From: a bacterium
Lineage (GTDB): Bacteria; Verrucomicrobiota; Verrucomicrobiia; Limisphaerales; J093
DNA: 42,689 bases
Reading direction: 5' to 3'
Assembly (NCBI GenBank): GCA_021780105.1
Contig: JAJXZJ010000003.1
Coordinates: 1 to 42,689, forward strand
In this document: piece by piece, positions 28,805-38,082 of the stretch
Layout: each line of letters starts with the position of its first letter
How positions within the stretch are numbered: position 1 is the first letter of the stretch
Made by a program: the position numbers and the translations under genes
Notes under the pieces: generated by a model
What the model saw: only the letters and a program-made list of their open reading frames with translations
Database searches by the model: none
Told to the model about the DNA's origin: nothing

Positions 28805-29359
28805 TCAGACAAGCTTGACGAAAAACTGGTTGGCGACGATCCGCGTGATCTGCACCGCCTGGCCGTTGGCGATGGCCGCGCCGCTTTCCTCGCGCGCCGG
28901 TGCTGAGTAGCGGGTGCCGCCCTGAACGTAGGCGATCTCGCCCACGCCGTTCGCAGGAATGGGGCTGATGACCGTCGCCGTCTGGCCAATCAGGCCCGCG
29001 ACCTTGCCTTCGCTGGAACTTTGCGTCTTCTGGAAAAGCTGCCGCAGCACCAGCACGAGCGCCGTGGCCGTTCCCAAACCTCCCAAGGCGGCCAGCGGCG
29101 CGCTGGCGTAGGGGCTGCTCGTGGTCGGAATTTCGTGGAAAATGATGCCAAAACCGCCGAAGGCCATCACGAACGCGGAAAGCACCGTCGGGCTGAAAAC
29201 AGAGATGCCGGGGCTGTCGCTGCCGTCGGCGCCCGCTTCCGCGTGACCGCCGCTGCCATCCACGTGGCCGATGTGTCCGGCAAAGTGTCCGGCCACCGCG
29301 CTCAGAACGGTGAAAACCAAGCCGGAACCAAGGCAGATCAGGTAAATGATGAACTCCAT
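28805..29359 (-). CDS. NfeD-like membrane protein (flotillin-associated, OB-fold C-terminus)
   Basis: Two TM segments plus a C-terminal beta-rich domain (GKVAGLIGQTATVISPIPANGVGEIAYVQGGTRYSAPARE...QAVQITRI), immediately upstream of the flotillin gene. Confidence 0.6.
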   Translation of the reverse strand: MEFIIYLICLGSGLVFTVLSAVAGHFAGHIGHVDGSGGHAEAGADGSDSPGISVFSPTVLSAFVMAFGGFGIIFHEIPTTSSPYASAPLAALGGLGTATALVLVLRQLFQKTQSSSEGKVAGLIGQTATVISPIPANGVGEIAYVQGGTRYSAPAREESGAAIANGQAVQITRIVANQFFVKLV

Positions 29360-29511
29360 AGGCCGGTGTTGCGTGCTGTTAATGGCGAGTTAACCGCCAA
29401 CCAGCCGGTCACGCAATCAAGAAATGGAAGCCAGACTCATGCGACCAGCCTCCGGGCGAATGGCACGTCCATCGCGGCAACCTCCGCGGCGGCGCGCGTG
29501 GCAGCCGGCTC

Positions 29512-30621
29512 TTAGTTCATGCGCATGGGCATGATGACGTAAAGGAACGGTCCGTTGACCTTCAACACGCCGGGGCTTAACTCGTCCGTCAGCTCCAGAA
29601 AGACTTCGTCGGTGTCCAGGGCCTTCAACGCATCGAGCAGGAAGCTGGGGTTGAATGCGATGCCGAAGTCCTTGCCCTTGTAATTGATGGCCAGGCTTTC
29701 CCGCGCCTCGCCGACCTCCGGTGTGTTCGCGGTGATCGCGAGCGAATTCTTGGAGAAAGCCAGTTTCACCGAGTTGGACTTGTCACTGGTCATGATCTCG
29801 GCGCGACGCAGCGCCTGGAGCAATTCCTCCCGGACCAGGCTGATGCGCTCCTTGGACTCGGTGGGAATGACCTGCCGGTAGTTCGGATAGGTTCCGTCCA
29901 CCAGTTTGGTCACCACCAGCACGCTGGAGCCGGATTCGTTCTTCAGCGAGAAGGCGGCCTGGTTTTCGGTGAGGGTGATGTCCACCTCGCCCTTTTCCTG
30001 CAACAGCCGGCCGAGTTCGCTGATGGCCTTGGTGGGCACGATGATGTCGGCCTGGCTGTCGGCCGTGATGTCCACTTCCTCATCCGTCAACGCCAGGCGT
30101 CGTCCGTCCGTGGCGACCAACGTCACCTTGTGTTCCTTGAGACTGCAAAAAATCCCGTTCAACACGTAGCGGGTTTCATCGGTGGAAACGGCAAACGCCG
30201 TCCGCCGCAGCATCCCCTTGAGCTTGTCCTGCGGCAGCGCGACGTGCTTTTTGTCGGCGAACTTCGGGATTGGCGGGAATTCCTCCGCCGCCAGCCCGTT
30301 GATCCGGAAGAAGGACGCCCCGGCGCGCAGGCTGCAGCAGTTCTTGTCGTCCACCTCCAGTTCCAGTTCCGGTGTGGCCAGCTCCCGCACGATGCTGAAC
30401 AATTTTTTGACCGGCAACGTGGTGGCTCCCGGTTTGCTCACCTGCGCTTCCACGGCGGAGACAATCGTTACGTCCAAATCGGTGGCCGTCAGTTCCAGGC
30501 GGCCTTCGGCGGCCCGGAGCAGCACATTCGAAAGGATCGGCAGGGTGGTGCGCACACCGACAATGTTCTGCACAGCCTGCAGGCCACCGATGATCTGGTC
30601 TTTGGCGATCGTGAGTTTCAT
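29512..30621 (-). CDS. dnaN: DNA polymerase III subunit beta (sliding clamp)
   Basis: MKLTIAKDQIIGGLQAVQNIVGVRTTLPILSNVLL. 369 aa with the three-domain clamp pattern. Confidence 0.9.
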   Translation of the reverse strand: MKLTIAKDQIIGGLQAVQNIVGVRTTLPILSNVLLRAAEGRLELTATDLDVTIVSAVEAQVSKPGATTLPVKKLFSIVRELATPELELEVDDKNCCSLRAGASFFRINGLAAEEFPPIPKFADKKHVALPQDKLKGMLRRTAFAVSTDETRYVLNGIFCSLKEHKVTLVATDGRRLALTDEEVDITADSQADIIVPTKAISELGRLLQEKGEVDITLTENQAAFSLKNESGSSVLVVTKLVDGTYPNYRQVIPTESKERISLVREELLQALRRAEIMTSDKSNSVKLAFSKNSLAITANTPEVGEARESLAINYKGKDFGIAFNPSFLLDALKALDTDEVFLELTDELSPGVLKVNGPFLYVIMPMRMN

Positions 30622-30670
30622 GGAATACTACGGTATTTCTTTCTTCAGAAAGAAGCTTCTTATTAAGGGT

Positions 30671-30790
30671 GGTGAATAAAGCAAACAACCGGCGGTGTCA
30701 AGGTTCAGGCAGGGGGTTACGTGGGGTGCCGACCGGCCAATAAAGATCGGGACCGCACGGGCAAAGGGTAAAAGGGGGATGTTATTCACC
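30671..30790. promoter_or_regulatory. two inverted copies of the DnaA-box-like 9-mer TTATTCACC in the lower-GC region upstream of dnaN
   Basis: ggtgaataa (~30671-30679) and ttattcacc (~30782-30790) each match TTATCCACA at 7 of 9 positions. They lie in a 205-bp relatively AT-rich spacer. Confidence 0.25.
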
Positions 30791-30826
30791 GCCGCAACGA
30801 CTTCTTCACCGGTTGTTGGCCATTCG

Positions 30827-31972
30827 TTAGGCGTTGCGGGCCTGGTTAATCACCTCACCCAGTGTGCTGGCGGCAAAATCCACGTCATCCACCGTGGTGT
30901 TCCGCCCGAGGGAAAACCGGACCAACGCCTTCGCCTGGGCCGGAGAGGCGCCCATCGCGAGCAGAACGTGAGAAGGCAGCAGCGACCCGACGGAGCACGC
31001 GGACCCGCTGGAAACGCAGACACCGGCCAGGTCCAGCCCGGCCAAAAGCGATAGGCTGTCGCAATCATCCACGGTGACCGCGACGGTGTTGGCAAGGCAG
31101 CCGGCCGGCGGGCTGCGAACGATCACGCCGTCGAACGCGCTGACTCCCGCGCGCAAGCGGCGGCTCAGCGGTTCCAGGACCGCCCGCGCAAAAACCGGCT
31201 CCGGGACAAACCGGAGAAAAGCGGCCACCAGGCCGGCAATCGCCGCCAGATTCTCGGTTCCCGCCCGGCGCTCGTTTTCATGCCCTCCGCCCACGATGAT
31301 CGGCGCCAGTTGCAAGGGCGAGCGGATGAACAGCGCGCCGGCGCCCCGCGGGCCGTGGAATTTGTGGGCGCAAACGGAAACGAGATCCGCGTTGAACTGA
31401 TGGATGTCCGTGAACGGTTCCTTGCCGAACCATTGCGCGGCGTCCGTGTGGAATATCACGCCCCGCTCCCGGCACAACGCGCCGATTTCCACCACCGGTT
31501 GCAGGGTGCCGACCTCATTGTTGGCCGTCATTACGGAGACGAGGATGGTGTCCGGTCGCAGCGCCGCGCGCACGGCCACCGGGTCCACACGGCCCTCGCC
31601 GTCCACCGGCAGAGTCGTCAGCGCGAAGCCCTCCTCGCGGGCCAGATGTTCGAACGGATGCAGCACCGCATGATGTTCGACGGCGGAGGTGATCAGGTGC
31701 CGTCCCTTTTCACGCAGCCTCCGCGCGGTGCCGAGGATGGCGAGGTTGTTGCTTTCCGTACCGCCGCTGGTGAAGACGATTTCGCCGGGCCGGCAACGCC
31801 AGCAGGCTGCCAATTGCTCGCGCGCTTCATCGAGCAAGGCCCGCGCCTGTCGGCCGACGTGGTGAATGCTCGAAGGATTGCCGTAAACCTCGTCGAGAAA
31901 CGGCCGCATCGCCTCGCACACCGCCGGGTCCAGGGGCGTGGTGGCGTTGTAATCGAGATAGACCGTCCGCAC
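30827..31972 (-). CDS. cysteine desulfurase (class V aminotransferase, IscS/NifS family)
   Basis: VYLDYNATTPLDPAVCEAMRPFLDEVYGNPSSIHHVGRQA...SVCAHKFHGPRGAGALFIR (PLP-lysine region)...SSGSACS (active-site Cys). GTG start. Confidence 0.85.
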   Translation of the reverse strand: MRTVYLDYNATTPLDPAVCEAMRPFLDEVYGNPSSIHHVGRQARALLDEAREQLAACWRCRPGEIVFTSGGTESNNLAILGTARRLREKGRHLITSAVEHHAVLHPFEHLAREEGFALTTLPVDGEGRVDPVAVRAALRPDTILVSVMTANNEVGTLQPVVEIGALCRERGVIFHTDAAQWFGKEPFTDIHQFNADLVSVCAHKFHGPRGAGALFIRSPLQLAPIIVGGGHENERRAGTENLAAIAGLVAAFLRFVPEPVFARAVLEPLSRRLRAGVSAFDGVIVRSPPAGCLANTVAVTVDDCDSLSLLAGLDLAGVCVSSGSACSVGSLLPSHVLLAMGASPAQAKALVRFSLGRNTTVDDVDFAASTLGEVINQARNA

Positions 31973-31985
31973 AACCGGCCTTGGT

Positions 31986-32762
31986 TCAGGCGGGAGCCGC
32001 CGCGGCCTGCCGCCGGTTGAACGTCACGGCGTCGGCGTAGCGCACGCCCGTGCCGCCGAAGATGTCCAGCGCCGAGCCGATGGTCAGGTCCACGCGGCCG
32101 CGGCCCAGCCGGGTGACGGTTTCCAAGTCGGCGAGCGATTTCGCCCCGCCGGCGTAAGTCGTCGGAATCGGCGCCCATTCGCCGAGTTGTTCGACCAGCG
32201 TCGCGTCAATGCCGCGGCACAAACCCTCAACATCCGCGGCGTGAATCAAAAACTCGGCGCACGAATCCGCCAGGCGCAGCAGCGTTTCGTGTCCAACCTC
32301 CAGCCGCGTGAACTTCTGCCAGCGGTCGGTCACGACCCAGTATTTGCCGTCGCGGAGGCGGCAGCTCAGGTCCAGCACGAGTCGCGCGGTGCCGATGGCC
32401 TTCACCAGGGCTTGCAGGCGGTCGGCCCGCAGTTCGCCGTCGGTGAAGACCCACGAGGTTACGATGACGTGCGACGCGCCGGCGTCGAGCCAGGCGGCCG
32501 CGTTGTTCAACTGGACGCCGCCGCCGAGCTGCAAGCCGCCCGGAAACGCGGCCAGCGCGGCGCGGGCGGCCGGTTCGTTGCCGGGGCCGAGCTGGATGAC
32601 GTGCCCGCCGCGCTGGCCGTCGCGCCGGTAAAGCGCGGCGAACCACTCCGGCGGGTGCGGGGAAACAAAGTTCGTCCGCAGCCCGCGGCCGTCATCCATG
32701 AGCGAGCCGCCGACGATCTGTTTCACCCGGCCGGCGTGGAGGTCTATGCACGGTCGAAACAC
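31986..32762 (-). CDS. hisA: ProFAR isomerase of the eukaryote (HIS6)-like type
   Basis: With a GTG start the N-terminus reads MFRPCIDLHAGRVKQIVGGSL, which aligns with yeast His6 (FIGCIDLHNGEVKQIVGG). About 258 aa with a (beta/alpha)8 pattern. The ATG-less start is an inference. Confidence 0.65.
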   Translation of the reverse strand: MFRPCIDLHAGRVKQIVGGSLMDDGRGLRTNFVSPHPPEWFAALYRRDGQRGGHVIQLGPGNEPAARAALAAFPGGLQLGGGVQLNNAAAWLDAGASHVIVTSWVFTDGELRADRLQALVKAIGTARLVLDLSCRLRDGKYWVVTDRWQKFTRLEVGHETLLRLADSCAEFLIHAADVEGLCRGIDATLVEQLGEWAPIPTTYAGGAKSLADLETVTRLGRGRVDLTIGSALDIFGGTGVRYADAVTFNRRQAAAAPA

Positions 32763-32920
32763 GGGCAGAAGGTAGCGTGCCCGCCGGCGGCGGCGCAAGC
32801 CGGCCGCAGACCCGCGCCGTGTTCCGGCATGACATGGCGGCAGGGCCAAGCCGCGCCCAAACCGTGCCCGGCGGCGCGGAATTTTTTGGCTTTCAACGGC
32901 CGATTGACTAAGTTGTGCCG

Positions 32921-33775
32921 ATGTTTCAAGCCGTTGACACGAAGGACGCCGCCGCCGTCGAACGGGAGGTGAACGCCGCCTATCTGGCCGCGTTTTCCGA
33001 CGGCGATCCCCAGTTCATGAACCGCTGCTTTCACTGGACGGCCGACTGCTTTGCCGGCCGCTACCGCGACTTCCAGCCGATTGACGCCCGCTACCACGAT
33101 TTTGAGCACACGATGCAGGGCACGCTGTGCATGGGGCGGCTGCTGCACCGTTACCAACGCGCGCAGGCCCGGCCGGCGCTGGACCGGCGCCGCTTCGAGC
33201 TGGGCATCGTGGCGATCCTTTTCCATGACACCGGTTACCTCAAGAAACAGGGGGACAACCACGGCACCGGCGCCAAATACACCTTCACGCACGTCGCCCG
33301 CAGCACGGAATTCGCCGCGCTGCTCCTGAGCGAAAAGGGCTTTCCGCTCCGCGACATTCGCGCCGTGCAAAGCATGATCCGCTGCACCGGCCTGAACGTG
33401 AATCTGGACGAAATCCCCTTTGATGACGAACTCGATCGCGTGGTCGGGTACGCGCTCAGCACAGCGGACCTGCTCGGTCAGATGGCGGCGGCGGACTACG
33501 TGGAGAAACTGCCAATACTCTACGGCGAGTTTGCCGAGGCACTTGCCACCCACCCGGAGCTGGCGCCCGACAACAGTCAATTCGCCAGCGCGGAGGATTT
33601 GATGCGCCGCACCCCGCACTTCTGGCGCGACTACGTGGTGCCGCGGCTCAACCGCGAGTTCCGCGGCCTGTTTCATTATCTCGACGATCCCTTCCCCGGC
33701 GGCCCGAACGACTATGTCCAGCGCGTGGAGGCCAGCCTGGCGCGGCTTGCCCAACAACTCCAGCACGCGACGTAA
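32921..33775 (+). CDS. HD-domain-like metal-dependent hydrolase (hypothetical)
   Basis: Contains H...HD (AILFHDTGY) and other His/Asp motifs (RYHDFEHTMQG). No specific family identified. Confidence 0.5.
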   Translation: MFQAVDTKDAAAVEREVNAAYLAAFSDGDPQFMNRCFHWTADCFAGRYRDFQPIDARYHDFEHTMQGTLCMGRLLHRYQRAQARPALDRRRFELGIVAILFHDTGYLKKQGDNHGTGAKYTFTHVARSTEFAALLLSEKGFPLRDIRAVQSMIRCTGLNVNLDEIPFDDELDRVVGYALSTADLLGQMAAADYVEKLPILYGEFAEALATHPELAPDNSQFASAEDLMRRTPHFWRDYVVPRLNREFRGLFHYLDDPFPGGPNDYVQRVEASLARLAQQLQHAT

Positions 33776-33854
33776 CGCCCCCGTCGGCGCAGGTGATGTT
33801 GCGTCACGACGGCGGGTTTGCGTTCGGCGCGGCCGGCCGTTAACCTCGCGCTCC

Positions 33855-36254
33855 ATGCAAGCCAAACGGTTTTGGCCCGTCGCTGCGCTGCTGGCGGGAT
33901 GGCTGTTCCTCGCCGGTTGCGGCACGAAAATTCCGCCCGCCACCGTCGCGTTGCCGCCGGTCGCGCCGCCCGCCAAAACCAACGCGGTTTTCCTGCCGGC
34001 CAAACTGGCCGAGATGGACGCCGCGATCGAGCAGGCGATTGCCGGGCGCAAATGCCCCGGCGGCGTGCTCTGGCTCGAACACCAGGGCGTTGCCTACCAC
34101 CGCGCCTATGGCCAGCGCGCCGTGATCCCGCAGCCCGAGCCGATGACCGAGGACACGATCTTCGACCTCGCGTCGCTGACCAAGGTGATCGCCACCACGC
34201 CCGCCGTCATGCAGTTGGTCGAACGCGGTCAAATACGCCTCGACGCGCCGGTCTGCACCTACCTGCCGGAGTTCACCGGCGGCGGGAAGGAGACGGTCAC
34301 GATCCGCGAGTTGATGACGCACACGTCCGGGCTGCGACCGGATTTGAGCCGGAATCCGGATTGGACCGGCTACGACACGGCGATCAAAAAGGCCTGCGCC
34401 GAAACGCTGATTCACCCGCCCGGCACGGCGTTCGTTTACAGCGACATCAACTTTTTTCTGCTCGGGGAAATTGTCCGCCGCGTCAGTGGTCGGCCCCTGG
34501 ACGTTTACACGGCGGAGGAAATCTTCGGCCCGCTGAAAATGACGGATACCGGCTTCAACCCGCCGAAGTCGAAACTCCCGCGCATCGCGCCCACCGAGGT
34601 GGTGAACGGCGTGCCGTTCCGCGGCGTGGTTCACGATCCCACCGCCCGCCGGATGGGCGGCGTCGCCGGGCACGCGGGCTTGTTCACCACGGCGTCTGAC
34701 CTCGCCCGCTTTTGCCGGATGCTGCTCAACGGCGGCGAGCTTGACGGCGTGCGCGTATTGAAGGCGGAAACCGTGAAACTCATGACCAGCGTCCAGACGC
34801 CGCCGGCGGTCGCCGCCCGGCGTGGCCTGGGCTGGGACATTGACTCACCCTACGCGGGCGAGCGCGGCGATCTGTTTCCGCTCGGCGGCTACGGCCACAC
34901 CGGCTGGACCGGCGGGTCGGTGTGGATGGATCCGTTTTCGCGGACGTTTTTGATCTTCCTGTCGAACCGGAACCATCCGAGTGAAAGCGGCAACGTGCTG
35001 CCGCTGCGCCACCGGTTGGCCACGCTGGCGGCCGAAGCGGTGATCGGCTTCGATTTCCAGAACGTTCCTGGCGCGCTGCCGCCGCGGACCAACGCAACGG
35101 CGGCCAATCATCATCCCGCGGCGACGAACGCGGTGTTGAACGGCATTGACGTGCTGGCGCGCGAGCACTTCGCGCCGTTGCGAGGCCTGCGCGTGGGCCT
35201 CATCACGAACCACACCGGCCGTGATCGCGAAGACCGCGCGACAATTGACCTTTTGAAGGCCGCGCCGGACGTGCGGCTCGTGGCGCTGTTCAGCCCGGAG
35301 CACGGCCTGCGCGGCGTGCGCGACGAGCAGATCGGCGACAGTGTGGACGCGCGCACCGGCCTGCCGGTTTACAGTCTTTACGGCGCGCGCCGCCAGCCGG
35401 CGCCGGAGCAGTTGCGCGGCCTCGACGCGCTCGTGTTCGACATCCAGGACATCGGCTGCCGGTTTTACACCTACATTGCGACGATGGGCTTGAGCATGGA
35501 GGCGGCGGCCGGGGCGGGCGTGAAATTCTTCGTGCTGGACCGCGTCAATCCCATCGGAGGCGTCGCCGTGGACGGCCCGGTTTACGCCGGCAAGTCGGCC
35601 TTCACCGCGTTCCACGCGCTGCCCGTGCGCCACGGCATGACCGTCGGCGAGCTGGCGCGGATGTTCAACGCGGAGCGCGGTTGGAAGTGCGACTTGACCG
35701 TCGTTCCGGTCGCCGGCTGGACGCGCACCATGGGGTTCGATCAAACCGGCCTGCCGTGGACGAATCCCTCGCCGAACATCCGCAGCCTCGCGGCGGCGAC
35801 GCTTTACCCGGGCGTGGGGCTGCTGGAAACGACGGCGCTGTCCGTCGGCCGCGGCACGGACACGCCGTTTGAGGTATTGGGCGCGCCTTATATTGACGCG
35901 GAGGCCTTCGCCGCCGAGTTGAATCGCGCCGGCCTGCCGGGGGTGCGGTTTGAGCCGGCGCACTTCACGCCGACCGCGAGCGTGTTCAAGGGCCAACCCT
36001 GCGCCGGCGTGCGGATCCAGTTGACGGACCGCGACCGTTGCGACGCGGTGGGCCTCGGCATCGTGCTGGCGCAGAAGTTGCGCCGGCTGTATCCGCAGTC
36101 GTTCAACCTGGAGAAAATGAACGTGCTGTTGCAGGACCCGCCGACGTTGGACGCGATTCGCGCCGGCAAATCACTCGCCGAAATTCGCGCGCAGTGGGCG
36201 GCGGGTCTGGAGGAATTCCGCCAGCGGCGCGCAAAATTTCTGCTTTACCCGTGA
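33855..36254 (+). CDS. fusion lipoprotein: N-terminal beta-lactamase-fold serine hydrolase domain plus C-terminal DUF1343 (exo-beta-N-acetylmuramidase NamZ-like) domain
   Basis: MQAKRFWPVAALLAGWLFLAGCG is a lipoprotein signal. ASLTKVIAT is the S-x-x-K active site and YSDINF a Y-x-N-like motif. From roughly residue 430 on, LRGLRVGLITNHTGRDRE...LFSPEHGLRG...DALVFDIQDIGCRFYTYIATMG is the DUF1343/NamZ signature. Confidence 0.7.
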   Translation: MQAKRFWPVAALLAGWLFLAGCGTKIPPATVALPPVAPPAKTNAVFLPAKLAEMDAAIEQAIAGRKCPGGVLWLEHQGVAYHRAYGQRAVIPQPEPMTEDTIFDLASLTKVIATTPAVMQLVERGQIRLDAPVCTYLPEFTGGGKETVTIRELMTHTSGLRPDLSRNPDWTGYDTAIKKACAETLIHPPGTAFVYSDINFFLLGEIVRRVSGRPLDVYTAEEIFGPLKMTDTGFNPPKSKLPRIAPTEVVNGVPFRGVVHDPTARRMGGVAGHAGLFTTASDLARFCRMLLNGGELDGVRVLKAETVKLMTSVQTPPAVAARRGLGWDIDSPYAGERGDLFPLGGYGHTGWTGGSVWMDPFSRTFLIFLSNRNHPSESGNVLPLRHRLATLAAEAVIGFDFQNVPGALPPRTNATAANHHPAATNAVLNGIDVLAREHFAPLRGLRVGLITNHTGRDREDRATIDLLKAAPDVRLVALFSPEHGLRGVRDEQIGDSVDARTGLPVYSLYGARRQPAPEQLRGLDALVFDIQDIGCRFYTYIATMGLSMEAAAGAGVKFFVLDRVNPIGGVAVDGPVYAGKSAFTAFHALPVRHGMTVGELARMFNAERGWKCDLTVVPVAGWTRTMGFDQTGLPWTNPSPNIRSLAAATLYPGVGLLETTALSVGRGTDTPFEVLGAPYIDAEAFAAELNRAGLPGVRFEPAHFTPTASVFKGQPCAGVRIQLTDRDRCDAVGLGIVLAQKLRRLYPQSFNLEKMNVLLQDPPTLDAIRAGKSLAEIRAQWAAGLEEFRQRRAKFLLYP

Positions 36255-36313
36255 ACGCGGCACCGTCAGCCGGTGAACCCGCCGCGCGTCCGCCGTGCCG
36301 GGCGGCCGCGTGG

Positions 36314-37291
36314 ATGTTGTTCTTCCTCGCGCCGACGATCGGCGAACTGCTGAGCGGGTCGTCGCCGCCGAAGAGTTTCTTCAATCCATTCACGCTGCTG
36401 TTGCTGGCATTTCTTTACGGCAGCGGCGCGCTGCTGGCGCGCGAGTTCACGCTCCGCTGGCGGCGCGGCTGGCCCACGCTGCTCGTGTTGGGCGCGGCCT
36501 ACGCGATTGTCGAGGAAGGGCTTTGCTGCAAGAGTTTCTTCGACGCGCACTGGCCGGACGTCGGGCTGCTCGGCAGCTACGGCCGGTGGCTCGGCGTGAA
36601 CTGGGTCTGGGCCGCGCACCTGACGATCTACCACACCGTGTTCAGCATCCTGGTGCCGATCACCCTGGTGGAACTGACCTTTCCGGCGGCGCGGCACGCG
36701 TCGTGGGTCGGCCCGCGCGGGCGCTGGGTGCTGGCGGGGCTGCTCACGCTGGTGGTCGTGACCGGCTTTCTTTTTTTCCCGGACGGCAAAAAGCCGTTTC
36801 GCCCGCCGCCGATCGGCTACGCGCTGGCGATGTTGAGCGTGGTCGGACTGGCATGGCTGGCGCATCGGCTGCCGGCAGAGTTCACGTTGGTTCGGACCCA
36901 ATGCCGCCTGGCGAAGCCGCGGTGGTTTGGGTTGGTTGGTTTCGCCGGGACGCTGACGCTGTTCGCGATTTTCTGGGCATTGCCCAACACGCCACTGTCG
37001 CCGCTGCTGACCGTGGCCGCGGGCCTGGCGCTATGCGCCGGCGTGCTAACGCTGGTGCTGCGGTGGTCCGGCAACCTGCAAGACTGGAGCGATCCTCACC
37101 GGCTCGCGCTGGCCGCCGGCGCGCTCGGTTTCTTCGTGCTGCTCGCGCCGTTGCTCGAATTCGGCAAGGACAAGCATCCGAAAGACATGACCGGCATGAC
37201 GCTGGTGGGCGTCGTCGCCGTGCTGTTCCTTGCCTGGCTGGGCCGGCGCATTCGGAGATTAAGTTCCGCCGCCGCGGGCGGGCCGTCTTGA
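36314..37291 (+). CDS. hypothetical polytopic membrane protein
   Basis: About 8 hydrophobic helices; no family recognised. A GTG overlapping the upstream stop (36251) is an alternative start. Confidence 0.45.
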   Translation: MLFFLAPTIGELLSGSSPPKSFFNPFTLLLLAFLYGSGALLAREFTLRWRRGWPTLLVLGAAYAIVEEGLCCKSFFDAHWPDVGLLGSYGRWLGVNWVWAAHLTIYHTVFSILVPITLVELTFPAARHASWVGPRGRWVLAGLLTLVVVTGFLFFPDGKKPFRPPPIGYALAMLSVVGLAWLAHRLPAEFTLVRTQCRLAKPRWFGLVGFAGTLTLFAIFWALPNTPLSPLLTVAAGLALCAGVLTLVLRWSGNLQDWSDPHRLALAAGALGFFVLLAPLLEFGKDKHPKDMTGMTLVGVVAVLFLAWLGRRIRRLSSAAAGGPS

Positions 37292-37408
37292 CGCTGCGTT
37301 GTCGTGCCGCGCAGCACTGTGGCGCGGCCGTGAAATGGCGTCGTCCCGGCGAGCCATCGTCTGCCGCCTCCGTGATACGCCGTCGAACTGCCTTGGAATC
37401 GTGTCCGC

Positions 37409-37450
37409 CTTCCGTGAAGCTCTGTTGTGCTTCCGTGGAAGCTTGTTGTT
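37409..37450. repeat. imperfect tandem duplication of a ~21-bp unit (cttccgtgaagctctgttgtg / cttccgtggaagcttgttgtt) in non-coding DNA
   Basis: Read directly from sequence; it sits just downstream of the membrane-protein stop. Confidence 0.4.
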
Positions 37451-38082
37451 CTGCCGAGATGATGCGTTTTCAAGCACTTAGGGGGATTTTACCAACTAAA
37501 TAGTCTCTGGCCGGAAACGCGTGTTTTTTTGACTTGAGGCGGGACGCGGATGGCTGCGGCAGGCCGTTGAGCGGCTGAAATGGCCTGTTATCATGTGCCA
37601 AACCTCAAAATTCCCTGGCGACAACGACACTGCGCCCGTCGGACTTGGCGGATGGCTTGGCCGTTGGCAGCTTCAGGCCGCCAACAACAGGGTGTCGCTG
37701 CGTATTCGTTTCCCGCCGCAGCAATTCCCGGCCGATGACGTGCAGGTTGTAGCGTAGTGTTCTGTGAAACAGTGGACAATACTGAGATTTCGTTCAAACT
37801 GGGTTCAGGGCAAAAGACCTGTTCGCGGTTGGGAGCCGGATTCGGGTTCAAGGAAGCGGAAGTTCTCACAAGCGGCAACGGCGCGCTGGATCGCCGGGGA
37901 ATGAACACCGCGCCGCGCCGACTCGGCGCAATTTCATCGGTTGTCGGCACGGGAGGAACAAAGACCTCGCCAGGGAGCAAGGCCCAAACCGGCGACGCAG
38001 CCCCTTCGCCGGCACTCTGCGGAACGGCCGCTACTTTCGCAACGAGGCAAACGCGAACTACGCGTTGCGGGCCGATCGTGGT

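Noticed and set aside
27197-28906. 569-aa + strand ORF
   Set aside because: Antisense to the flotillin gene; a Leu/Gly/Asp repetitive mirror of its coiled coil.
32744-35996. 435-aa and 383-aa - strand ORFs
   Set aside because: Antisense to the HD-domain gene and the serine-hydrolase/NamZ fusion gene.
37800-37880. tRNA-like T-loop (gggttcaagg) in the 790-bp gap
   Set aside because: I could not build an acceptor stem, D arm or anticodon arm around it. It was called as nothing more than part of the unexplained intergenic region.
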